In this document: positions 8,512 through 17,017 of the stretch, piece after piece | Numbering within the stretch: the stretch's first letter is position 1 | Layout: every line of letters begins with the position of its first letter | From: Euryarchaeota archaeon UBA128 | GTDB lineage: Archaea; Thermoplasmatota; Poseidoniia; Poseidoniales; Poseidoniaceae | Direction of reading: 5' to 3' | Assembly (NCBI GenBank): GCA_002496955.1 | Contig: DALZ01000092.1 | Location: forward strand, 8,799-37,709 | DNA length: 28,911 nucleotides | Notes under the pieces: generated by a model | Databases searched by the model: none | What the model was told of the DNA's origin: nothing | Seen by the model: the letters and a program-made list of their open reading frames with translations, nothing else | Made by a program: the position numbers and the translations under genes

Positions 8512-9635
8512 CACCATGCCTCCGAATCAGGAATAGTATCAACATATGGAATGTTTGTGTTGCATGATTGACAATCAAAGCGAGACGGGAATTCTTTGTC
8601 ACAACCAGAACATACAGTGCCAATAACACCGCTAAATGTTTCACAGCCATGCTCTGGACAAGGAACCAAAATCTGACCATCCATTTCCATCTTTATCTCG
8701 ATAGGAACTGCACATTCTGGGCATTTTGCATCGGTAATAATATTCAATTGACCCTGTTTCATTTCAATCTCAGCAGTCAATGCTGCGGATGTACTTATTC
8801 TTGCATTATCACCTAACATTCGTTGAGGATACCAGATTATCATTAGAATTAACGGAACAACGATTATGCCAGAGAGTATGTGGGTAAATAACACAAGGTA
8901 TGACTCGTTATTTCTTGATGCGACAAAATTAATGCCACTCCACGCAGAGATGAAAGTTGTTAGGAACCAAACCAACAGCATTGAGCTCCAGCCACCGAGT
9001 GCGTGTTCGTGCATATCTCGCTCCATTATTCTGACGTCTTCATGAACATGATGAACTCGGACATGTAAATCTCTTGTGTCGGTCACCGCTTTCCAAAAAA
9101 AGTATGTAAAGAATATTACAACCAACATAATTAGAGTCCCATACATCATATCCGCTAGTGCTATGTCGGCAGGCCAGTTAGGATTTCCTTCATGGAAGAA
9201 GACATTGGCCATTACCATTCCATTCCAAATCAACATCATGGTTATTGAGTGAACCCGCATAACGGGAAATTCTACCCAAACAAAATAGAGAAACACTACC
9301 CACGCAACATTAGAAAGAAGCATTTGGAAAAACGAGAACGAACCTACCCCAAGTAATCCATCCATCCCAGTCGAAATTGTATCGCCACCAGATACGATAT
9401 CGCTAGATATCGCACCCAGAACAAAGGCAATAATTCCAAAACCTAACATAAAATAATTCGCTCGTTTCCAGTCGTGCCTGGCCAGTAATATCATGAATTT
9501 CCATTGTTTTCTTATCTCATCGATTTTATTGAAGATGGGGTGCGTGTCACCCATGTTGAATTTTAGTTTCATATCTCGAAGCCTAAACGGGATGTCGGTG
9601 GTGGTGTCTATCAACCCTCCAGACGGCTCGGTCAT
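8511..9635 (-). CDS. Multi-pass membrane protein with a C-terminal double zinc ribbon
   Basis: Roughly 7-8 hydrophobic segments, a His-rich loop, then CPEC, CPEHGC, CSGC and CQSC. Confidence 0.8.
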   Translation of the reverse strand: MTEPSGGLIDTTTDIPFRLRDMKLKFNMGDTHPIFNKIDEIRKQWKFMILLARHDWKRANYFMLGFGIIAFVLGAISSDIVSGGDTISTGMDGLLGVGSFSFFQMLLSNVAWVVFLYFVWVEFPVMRVHSITMMLIWNGMVMANVFFHEGNPNWPADIALADMMYGTLIMLVVIFFTYFFWKAVTDTRDLHVRVHHVHEDVRIMERDMHEHALGGWSSMLLVWFLTTFISAWSGINFVASRNNESYLVLFTHILSGIIVVPLILMIIWYPQRMLGDNARISTSAALTAEIEMKQGQLNIITDAKCPECAVPIEIKMEMDGQILVPCPEHGCETFSGVIGTVCSGCDKEFPSRFDCQSCNTNIPYVDTIPDSEAW

Positions 9636-9703
9636 GGCTGACGCTAGTCAAATCACCTTTGAGTATTTTCGCTAGATTAAGTCGAAATGGTTGGGCGTGA
9701 ATG

Positions 9704-9709
9704 TTAAAC
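9704..9709 (+). promoter_or_regulatory. TATA-like box for tRNA-Ser
   Basis: TTAAAC about 25 nt upstream of the tRNA 5' end. Confidence 0.5.
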
Positions 9710-9733
9710 GCAGAATAGCCACCGCTGGGTTAG

Positions 9734-9819
9734 GCCGAGATCGCATAGCCTGGTAGTGCGCGCGACTGGAAATCGCGTGGGATCTTCCCTCGGGGGTTCA
9801 AATCCCTCTCTCGGCGCCA
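9734..9819 (+). tRNA. tRNA-Ser (anticodon GGA), CCA encoded
   Basis: Acceptor stem GCCGAGA/TCTCGGC, discriminator G plus CCA, anticodon arm CGCGA-CT-GGA-AA-TCGCG, long variable arm GGGA-TCT-TCCC, T-loop TTCAAAT. Confidence 0.97.
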
Positions 9820-9862
9820 GAACAATTTATTTCCATAACTATGACTTAGTAATATGTAGTAT

Positions 9863-10564
9863 CTACTCTTCTTGCGTTGCTGTTGAGTAGGATGAATTGC
9901 TCTGCGAGTGGTTTATGTATTCAACTAGTCCACTCGCCCCTCCGATTAATAAAGCAGTGCCAATCAAGATTAACACGATAGGCGCCAATCCCCAGAACAT
10001 ATACGTTTCTGGTGGTTCTGGTAACATGCGATTCCAAGTATATACGGAAAAAACAATAACTCCACCACCCGCACAGAAAAACAAGTTATGCGTCAATTTA
10101 TACACTTTACTTAGTGGAGACAACCAAGTCAGTAGACCAACAAATGATATGAATGTGCCAATTAAAATATAACTTTCAGTAATCTTGCCAGCCTCAGCAA
10201 AATTGTTCCAATGGCCACATATATCCTCGATTTCTTTTTCGGACGGATTATTGCGTTCCACATCAGATATTTCTTCTTGGCACTGAAGATATATGCGTTC
10301 TAAGCTTCCTTTCTGGTGACCATCACAAGAATAACCATCATCACCATCCGTCACAAATGTTTCTAATCCTATATCGGCATTTAGCGCGGAACACGGGGTC
10401 CACAGGCCATCGTAGTCGATATGTAATTTTAACCAGGAATCACTATCAATTGAACCTGGGATCAAAGCAAACATCGCGATGATTAATATCAACGCTGCTT
10501 TATGCCACCCTTGTTTGTTCAAACTTTCCTGACCTATGTCGGTGTCGGCTGTCCCGTCAACCAC
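9863..10564 (-). CDS. 4-TM membrane protein with a claudin/PMP22-like W-GLW-C motif
   Basis: TM1, then SDSW-x8-GLWTPC in a large loop with four Cys, then three closely spaced TMs. The GTG start has a TATA-like CTTAAT about 25 nt upstream. Family assignment is by eye only. Confidence 0.7.
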   Translation of the reverse strand: MVDGTADTDIGQESLNKQGWHKAALILIIAMFALIPGSIDSDSWLKLHIDYDGLWTPCSALNADIGLETFVTDGDDGYSCDGHQKGSLERIYLQCQEEISDVERNNPSEKEIEDICGHWNNFAEAGKITESYILIGTFISFVGLLTWLSPLSKVYKLTHNLFFCAGGGVIVFSVYTWNRMLPEPPETYMFWGLAPIVLILIGTALLIGGASGLVEYINHSQSNSSYSTATQEE

Positions 10565-10660
10565 AAAAGTGTTTTAGAAATTGGTCAAATTAAGTTTGTG
10601 CCGCCGCGTTCTTTGATGTGATATAATGAGGATAAGCAAGTTAGGTTGCGTAGGATTAAG

Positions 10661-10732
10661 AGCCACTGGCGAGATTTGAACTCGCGACCTCCTCATTACC
10701 AATGAGGTGCTATACCCCTAAGCCACAGTGGC
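10661..10732 (-). tRNA. tRNA-Thr (anticodon GGT), CCA not encoded
   Basis: Reverse complement GCCACTG...CAGTGGC-T, anticodon arm CCTCA-TT-GGT-AA-TGAGG, T-arm GCGAG-TTCAAAT-CTCGC. Confidence 0.97.
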
Positions 10733-10757
10733 GTATTTCTGCCGACTTGCATGATGA

Positions 10758-10763
10758 TTATAA
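10758..10763 (-). promoter_or_regulatory. TATA box for tRNA-Thr
   Basis: TTATAA 25 nt upstream of the tRNA 5' end. Confidence 0.6.
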
Positions 10764-10883
10764 CGCTTCGTTAGATATATCTACTGATAAAATCACTATT
10801 TGGGACAAAATTTATCCTCAAAGATTAATAATCTATTTTTAGGATTGTATGCCAAGGAAGGGAACTTCCTAAGATGGGATTTG

Positions 10884-11069
10884 ATGGGAAATAATAACGA
10901 CAGTAAATCAGAAATGAAACAGAGAATGAAAGAGTTACAAACACAAGTTGACGAGTTAAAAGATTTAGTTAACACTTTACTTAGCGTAATATGTGAAGAA
11001 CCTGATGGTGTGCATACTGGAGCAGCTCCAACCATTCCGGGTCAATCGCACACAAAATTTTGTATGTAG
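10884..11069 (+). CDS. Small (61 aa) coiled-coil hypothetical protein
   Basis: MGNNNDSKSEMKQRMKELQTQVDELKDLVNTLLSVICEE... with a heptad pattern; the stop abuts the rtcB stop. The longer TTG start at 10800 runs through promoter-like sequence. Confidence 0.7.
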   Translation: MGNNNDSKSEMKQRMKELQTQVDELKDLVNTLLSVICEEPDGVHTGAAPTIPGQSHTKFCM

Positions 11070-12545
11070 TTATCCCTTAATTACTACATTAGGCACCATT
11101 CTTGCAACTGGACGCGCGAGTCCTGCTCTGCTTGTTAAATCAATAACCTCATCGACATTTTTGTATGCTTCTGGCGCCTCTTCAGACAATATATTTGGGG
11201 TTGATGCGTGTATTCTGATGCCGGATTGTTCTAACTTCAATTGCATTTTTTTACCATCAATGGTTTGCTTAGCTTTGGTTCTTGACAATGCTCTTCCGGC
11301 GCCATGGCAAGATGAGCCAAAAGCCTGGTTTTGGCCCTTTATTGGTCCAGCCATAATCCACGAACCTGTACCCATATCTCCAGGAACAAGAACCGGCTGG
11401 CCGGTTTTCTCAAAGTTGCTTTTTATTAGCCCACTGTCGCCGGCAAATGCTCTTGTTGCACCTTTTCTGTGAACTGCACACTGACAATTCTTCCCGTGGA
11501 TGCGGTGAGTCTCAAGTTTGGCAATGTTGTGTGATACATCATATAGTGTTCTAGCTTCCCCATCAGCACCCATCTCTAAACGTAATACTTCACGCAGCCG
11601 GTGTGTAAGTGCGCTCCTATTGGCGAAGGCAAAATTTGCCGCTGCATTCATTTCTTCCAGGTAATGTTGACCTTCTCTTGAGTGAATTGGTGCGCATGCC
11701 AATTGCCGGTCAGATAGGGTAAAATCATACTCATCAGCATACCAACCTCTATTATGTCGCCGATATTTCTGTTCTAATCTTCTTGAATGTTCGCTGCATA
11801 CTTGATGTCCGAGGCCTCTACTTCCAGAGTGAATCATGGCAAGTAACTGTCCTTCATACAACCCCCATAGCTTCGCTGTTTTTTCATCAGCCAGTTTTTC
11901 TACGGTTTGTAATTCCAGAAAATGATTGCCACTCCCTAGGGTGCCAAGTGCGCGCATGCCTCTCTCTAGAGCTCTACTAGAAAGTTCGGCATCATTGGCT
12001 TCCAATAGCCCATTTGATTCTAGAGCAGGTAAGTCTTCATCAAAACCTATTCCCATCTCAACTGCAGCTTGGGCACCCCCCACAGCCAAGTGTTTTATTT
12101 GGTCTAGGTTTATTTCAAGACCACCTTTGCCCGAGGCACCAGCAGGAATTCTACCGGCAATCCTACCACCGAGTTTTTTGATGTTTGGCACATCATCGAT
12201 CGTTGCATCTAATGCCAAGACTCGTACTCCACAGTTTATGTCGAAACCCACCGCACCGGGCGAAATTGCCCCTCCATTTTCACCGTGATCAACATCCGTT
12301 GCTATTACCCCTCCGATGGGCAGGCCATATCCGAAATGCCAGTCAGCCATCGCCCATGCCTCTCCAACAATGCCGGGCATTTCAGCAGCATTGACTAATT
12401 GTTCTGGGCCCCGGTCGTCGATATGGTTGTTGAAGTGTGCTTGGTCTGTAACAATTCTAGCATCAACTTTCATGTTATTATGGGCTGCTATGCGAATTGT
12501 CCCATCTGCCTCCGCTGTAAGGTGGTCTCGCCACTCATCGCCCAC
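11070..12545 (-). CDS. rtcB: tRNA-splicing / RNA ligase RtcB
   Basis: DWHFGYGLPIGG, GFDINCGVR, GTLGSGNHFLELQ, HSGSRGLGH, HNIAK, HRKGATRA, PGDMG, SSCHGAGR and EEAPEAYK. Confidence 0.97.
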   Translation of the reverse strand: MGDEWRDHLTAEADGTIRIAAHNNMKVDARIVTDQAHFNNHIDDRGPEQLVNAAEMPGIVGEAWAMADWHFGYGLPIGGVIATDVDHGENGGAISPGAVGFDINCGVRVLALDATIDDVPNIKKLGGRIAGRIPAGASGKGGLEINLDQIKHLAVGGAQAAVEMGIGFDEDLPALESNGLLEANDAELSSRALERGMRALGTLGSGNHFLELQTVEKLADEKTAKLWGLYEGQLLAMIHSGSRGLGHQVCSEHSRRLEQKYRRHNRGWYADEYDFTLSDRQLACAPIHSREGQHYLEEMNAAANFAFANRSALTHRLREVLRLEMGADGEARTLYDVSHNIAKLETHRIHGKNCQCAVHRKGATRAFAGDSGLIKSNFEKTGQPVLVPGDMGTGSWIMAGPIKGQNQAFGSSCHGAGRALSRTKAKQTIDGKKMQLKLEQSGIRIHASTPNILSEEAPEAYKNVDEVIDLTSRAGLARPVARMVPNVVIKG

Positions 12546-12654
12546 GCCTTCCGGTTCACGGTTATACCTTTGAGGATTGTCGTTAATTTACCAATGGAGT
12601 CGCAGGGTTCAAGTCATTGATTATGTTCGGTAACTCATAAGGTGGCTTACAATA

Positions 12655-15504
12655 ATGGCGCTGGCTCCAATTGATTTAGCGGTCTTCCATGATAACGGCT
12701 TTATCAGGAAACAGTGTCGAGTAACCAATCTATGGTTTTGGACTGCGGAACACAATAGGGAAACATGCGGCGATACTAGTGAAGACGAGTATACCTTCAT
12801 TGGTAATCCGCTAATTAGTGGTTTTTCTATGCGAGGTAAGGCTTTGAAAGATGCAATGAGAGAAGCATTCCTGAACTTTTTTGAAAATGATGAACATACA
12901 AGAATTGAACCATATCCGATATTGGCTCGTTGGCGGGATGATATCCACCTTACTATTGCATCCATAGCCGATTTTCAACCTCATGTAACCAGTGGCATGG
13001 TAGAGCCTCCAGCAAATCCGCTTACAATTTCTCAACCATGCATCAGGTTGACCGATGTCGACGCAGTTGGTCGCAGTGGACGTCATCTCACTACTTTTGA
13101 AATGATGGCTCACCACGTGTTTAACCGACCAGATGAGGGAAAGATGTTTTACTGGATGGAAGAATGTGTCAGATACTGTCACAAAATGCTAACAGAAACC
13201 TTCGGGATTGATGCCAACCAGATTACATACGTCGAAAATCCATGGTGCGGTGGCGGCAATGCCGGGCCGGCTGTTGAGGTTATTGTTGGCGGTCTAGAAC
13301 TTGCAACACTCGTATTTATGAATCTTGAAGAAGCAGATGATGGCGAAATAGAGATTAAGGGTGACAAATATCGTGAAATGCCGCTACAAATTATTGATAC
13401 TGGATACGGATTAGAGCGATTTTGTTGGGCGGCAGCGGGGACTCCTACCATTTATGAGGCAATATATCCGGAAACTGTTGACTGGCTAAAGAACCTGTCG
13501 GGATTTTATAGTATCACAGAACAGTGGCCAAGCTTAGATTTGGCAACAATTCTCGGCGAAATGAGTCGATTAAACGGCATCATGAATATTGAAGTCGGAG
13601 TTGATGGCGATGAATTAACGACGCTTTTCATTAACAAACTAAGTGAACGAGGAATTAAACTTACTACTGAACAATTTAACAGTATAACCGACCCATTAGC
13701 GCGTATTTATGCAATACCGGACCATTTACACGCATTGTGCAATATGCTCGGCGATGGCCTTGTGCCGTCTAATGCAAAGGCTGGATATCTGGCGCGTATG
13801 CTAGCACGTAGAACTCTGAGAATGCGCGATGAGCTTGGTATAGACGTGTCGCTTGCCGAATTGATTCAACACCACATTGAGATTAATTTAGGCAATAAGA
13901 CAATGAAGCAAACCCATGATGGCATCGCAACAATTTGCAGGCTTGAAGAAGAGAAATACGCTGAGATGCTGCGAAAAGGTGAGCAAGTTATCAAAACAAT
14001 GCTCAATTCTACCGATAAATCTGCTACTGTTATCGCTGACGAGTTGTTGTTCTCACTCAATGATTCGCACGGTATTGCCCCAGAAATGGCTATATCTTTA
14101 GCCCGAAAATCCGGTTGGAAGCATACAACATTGCGTAGTGGTTTTACTGCAGAATTAGCTGAGAGGCATGCAAGGATGGCTAAAGAGGCGGCAATAGAAA
14201 ATGTGAAACAAGAATCAATGTCGGGAATTTCAAGTTTGCCACCAACCAATCCACTATATTACGACAATGTATACCAGGCTGAATTCGATGCTAGTGTGTT
14301 ACACTGTGAAGCACTATCCGGCGATGACTTACCTGACGGAGCAACGCATGGAATCGTCTTAGACAGAACCTGTTTCTATCCAGAGGGCGGTGGCCAAGAA
14401 GCAGATTTTGGCACCCTTTCGACAGATTCTGTTCATTGTCGTGTGCTTGATACTCGAAGGATAGATGGCCGTATTGTTCATATCACTGATGCACCACTAA
14501 ACAACGGCGATGTTGTTCATGGTAGTTTAGATTGGAACCGCAGAAAGCAGTTGATGGATCACCACACATCTGTGCATATTATTGGCGGCGCTGCTCGACG
14601 AATTCTTGGCCCTCACATATATCAGGCTGGGTCAAATAAATCTGCTGATTCAGCGAGGTTAGACATAACGCACTATAACCGATTGACTAGAAGTGATCTC
14701 GACGCTATAGAGAAAATGGCCAACGATGTGATTGTCCAAGTTCCAAAGACCGAAAAAACAGTACTCAATCGAAAGGATGCAGACCGAAAGCATGGGTTTG
14801 ATCTGTACCAAGGTGGGGCACCAAAGGGAGCGACAATTCGAGTATTAAGAATCTCAGATCACGATATCCAAGCCTGTGGGGGGACGCATCATGATGAATT
14901 AGGCCAAATTGGTTCAATCAGGTTGGTCCGCTCAACCGCAGTTCAAGATGGTGTAGAAAGATTACATATCGTTGCAGGACAGGCTGCATTAGACTACGCA
15001 AGGGATCAGGACGGGATACTCCGGCAGACCAGCAATGTATTTGGCGTCAGTATCAATGATGTGCCAAGAACTGCGGAGCGTTTCTTCGCAGAATGGAAGG
15101 AGCAAAGAAAGCGAATCGAGCAACTGGAAGCAGAGATTGTGCGACTGAAAACCACCGGCGGTGATGATAATACATTCACACAGGACGGCGTTAGAGTGGT
15201 GATAATGGAAGCTGATGGCGGTCTGAAAAATATGTCAAGGATGCTTAAAGAATTGACTCTGGATTCAAATAAGCCAACTCTTGCAATCTTGGGTTCAAGG
15301 GACGGCGGCGGTAAACTGATGGTGGCAACTACTGAAAATTCACTTGCTAGTCAGCGGTATGATGCGATTGAAATTCTTAATTCTATTATAGTGCACATCG
15401 CTGGTGGTGGTGGAGGTAGACCAACATTTGCTCAGGGTGGCGGTTCAAAACCCGAGGGGTTGACTGATTGTCTAGACGCAGCTAAGCAATTAATTGGTCT
15501 TTAA
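12655..15504 (+). CDS. alaS: Alanine--tRNA ligase, archaeal type
   Basis: LTIASIADFQP, QPCIRLTD, HLTTFEMMAHH, IDTGYGLERF, editing domain HTSVH...CGGTH and C-terminal GGGGRPTFAQGGG. Confidence 0.98.
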   Translation: MALAPIDLAVFHDNGFIRKQCRVTNLWFWTAEHNRETCGDTSEDEYTFIGNPLISGFSMRGKALKDAMREAFLNFFENDEHTRIEPYPILARWRDDIHLTIASIADFQPHVTSGMVEPPANPLTISQPCIRLTDVDAVGRSGRHLTTFEMMAHHVFNRPDEGKMFYWMEECVRYCHKMLTETFGIDANQITYVENPWCGGGNAGPAVEVIVGGLELATLVFMNLEEADDGEIEIKGDKYREMPLQIIDTGYGLERFCWAAAGTPTIYEAIYPETVDWLKNLSGFYSITEQWPSLDLATILGEMSRLNGIMNIEVGVDGDELTTLFINKLSERGIKLTTEQFNSITDPLARIYAIPDHLHALCNMLGDGLVPSNAKAGYLARMLARRTLRMRDELGIDVSLAELIQHHIEINLGNKTMKQTHDGIATICRLEEEKYAEMLRKGEQVIKTMLNSTDKSATVIADELLFSLNDSHGIAPEMAISLARKSGWKHTTLRSGFTAELAERHARMAKEAAIENVKQESMSGISSLPPTNPLYYDNVYQAEFDASVLHCEALSGDDLPDGATHGIVLDRTCFYPEGGGQEADFGTLSTDSVHCRVLDTRRIDGRIVHITDAPLNNGDVVHGSLDWNRRKQLMDHHTSVHIIGGAARRILGPHIYQAGSNKSADSARLDITHYNRLTRSDLDAIEKMANDVIVQVPKTEKTVLNRKDADRKHGFDLYQGGAPKGATIRVLRISDHDIQACGGTHHDELGQIGSIRLVRSTAVQDGVERLHIVAGQAALDYARDQDGILRQTSNVFGVSINDVPRTAERFFAEWKEQRKRIEQLEAEIVRLKTTGGDDNTFTQDGVRVVIMEADGGLKNMSRMLKELTLDSNKPTLAILGSRDGGGKLMVATTENSLASQRYDAIEILNSIIVHIAGGGGGRPTFAQGGGSKPEGLTDCLDAAKQLIGL

Positions 15505-16223
15505 TTGTGATTTTTTAGCGCCTCAGAATCGAAGAATGAGACGGCGTTAGCGGTTGCCTCCTCAAATGTAAACCAGCGAGCATCGGCAATTTCTTCAGTC
15601 AGTAAATTCATGTCTTCGACAGTTCCATTCCAACTAGCCTGATATGTGAAAGAAACAAACGACACGCCATCGTCATTAAAGATCTGTTGAGTGATAACGG
15701 GGGCGTTTTTGTTAAGTGTAATTTCAATACCCAGCTCCTCAAACGTTTCTCTGACGCAGCCTTCTGAGGGTTCTTCGTCATGGTCCATATATCCGCCAGG
15801 TAATGTCCACAGGCCTTTGAAATGCCCACGCATAACTTTGGCCATTAAAATTTTATTTTGGTCATTTTTGATAATCACTTTTGATACCAAGCGATGAATG
15901 CATCGATATATGGCTTCTCTGACAACAGGGTGGACACAGTTATCGGAGATTACACTATCTTTCCAAGCCCAGTTAGCTGGCCATTCTAATTTTGGATAAC
16001 CTTTGATAACAAAAATTTGTTTGTCTGGAAAAACGATACTCATTGTCATTTTCTCCTCATACTCTATTCCTCTTTTTGCTACCTCTTCGATGGTTGGGAA
16101 ACGCAGGGTGACACCACCTTGTTGCCTTCCTTTAATTGGTAAAAGTGGTCCGTTACCGTCTTCATCGACCAACAAAACTTTGCCGTCATGCTCAAGGTAG
16201 ACAACTGTTGAAGGATGGGTCAT
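15501..16223 (-). CDS. Nudix hydrolase with an extra N-terminal domain
   Basis: Canonical Nudix box GGYMDHDEEPSEGCVRETFEELG (GX5EX7REUXEEXGU). Confidence 0.9.
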   Translation of the reverse strand: MTHPSTVVYLEHDGKVLLVDEDGNGPLLPIKGRQQGGVTLRFPTIEEVAKRGIEYEEKMTMSIVFPDKQIFVIKGYPKLEWPANWAWKDSVISDNCVHPVVREAIYRCIHRLVSKVIIKNDQNKILMAKVMRGHFKGLWTLPGGYMDHDEEPSEGCVRETFEELGIEITLNKNAPVITQQIFNDDGVSFVSFTYQASWNGTVEDMNLLTEEIADARWFTFEEATANAVSFFDSEALKNHN

Positions 16224-16309
16224 AATGTGGCTAAAAACTCATTAGGTTTAACGCTTGAGAAAAGTATACCTTCCCGAAATTGAAGTACTACTTCTTTCTA
16301 GTCCTCCCC

Positions 16310-17017
16310 ATGCAGATGCACCAACTTAATGAGTCAGGCTGGGCGAAAACCTACTTAATTTATGATGATAAGACAAAGAAATCAGCGATAATAGATCCGG
16401 TGTATGACTTCGTTGCTGATTATCTTGACAAGGTTGAGGAATTGGACTTAGAGTTGGTAATGTGTATCGCGACACACACTCATGCCGACCACATTACTGG
16501 ATGTTTCACTATTTCGGAAGCAACAAATTGTGATTATGTTATGTGGCATTCAACTCCATCATTGGGCGTCACCAAGTTTGTTGATGAGAGTTCTGTCTTA
16601 GATTTAGGAGGGGAGCAAATAAAATTCTATCACGTTCCGGGGCATACCGAGGATTCTATGTTGGTTGTAACATCGAGCCATGTATTTACTGGCGATTTCC
16701 TGTTCACTGGCGATGGCGGTGTTGGTCGCGATGATTTGCCAAGTGGTAGAATGCAATCTCATTGGGATTCTTTACAAGTGATGCATAAGTTACCGGGTCA
16801 CTTGTTGGTGTGCTCGGGTCATGAAGCACCTGGAGTTAAAATGCAAACACTAGATTGGAATAAAGAACACAACCCAGTTCTAAAGATGACTACATTTGAA
16901 GAGTATGTAAGTTGGCAGAAAAACACGACTGAGCAGTTAGGCTATGTTTCGAAAATTAAGGTTGCGTTGCCTGCAAACCTATTTGCCGAAGTACCTGATG
17001 ATGTTCCTTGGTTGTGA
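16310..17017 (+). CDS. MBL-fold metallo-hydrolase, ETHE1/persulfide dioxygenase-like
   Basis: IIDPV, THTHADHITG, PGHT, FTGD, GRDD and ALPAN. ATG16310 is preferred to TTG16280. Confidence 0.85.
   Translation: MQMHQLNESGWAKTYLIYDDKTKKSAIIDPVYDFVADYLDKVEELDLELVMCIATHTHADHITGCFTISEATNCDYVMWHSTPSLGVTKFVDESSVLDLGGEQIKFYHVPGHTEDSMLVVTSSHVFTGDFLFTGDGGVGRDDLPSGRMQSHWDSLQVMHKLPGHLLVCSGHEAPGVKMQTLDWNKEHNPVLKMTTFEEYVSWQKNTTEQLGYVSKIKVALPANLFAEVPDDVPWL

Noticed and set aside
9820-10660. Possible tRNA-integrated island carrying the 4-TM gene
   Set aside because: No integrase, no duplicated tRNA 3' end (att site) seen and no obvious compositional shift.
10751-10787. Box C (ATGATGA) and box D (CTGA) resembling a C/D sRNA
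   Set aside because: Only 37 nt long, with no C'/D' boxes, and it overlaps the tRNA-Thr TATA box on the other strand. Probably chance.
10800-10883. N-terminal extension of the small ORF from TTG10800
   Set aside because: It covers AT-rich palindromic, promoter-like sequence. ATG10884 gives a more plausible protein.
11070-12545. RtcB as part of an RNA-repair or defence module
   Set aside because: The catalytic motifs are canonical and there is no adjacent archease, RtcA/RtcR, Ro60 or toxin gene. It fits the standard archaeal tRNA ligase.
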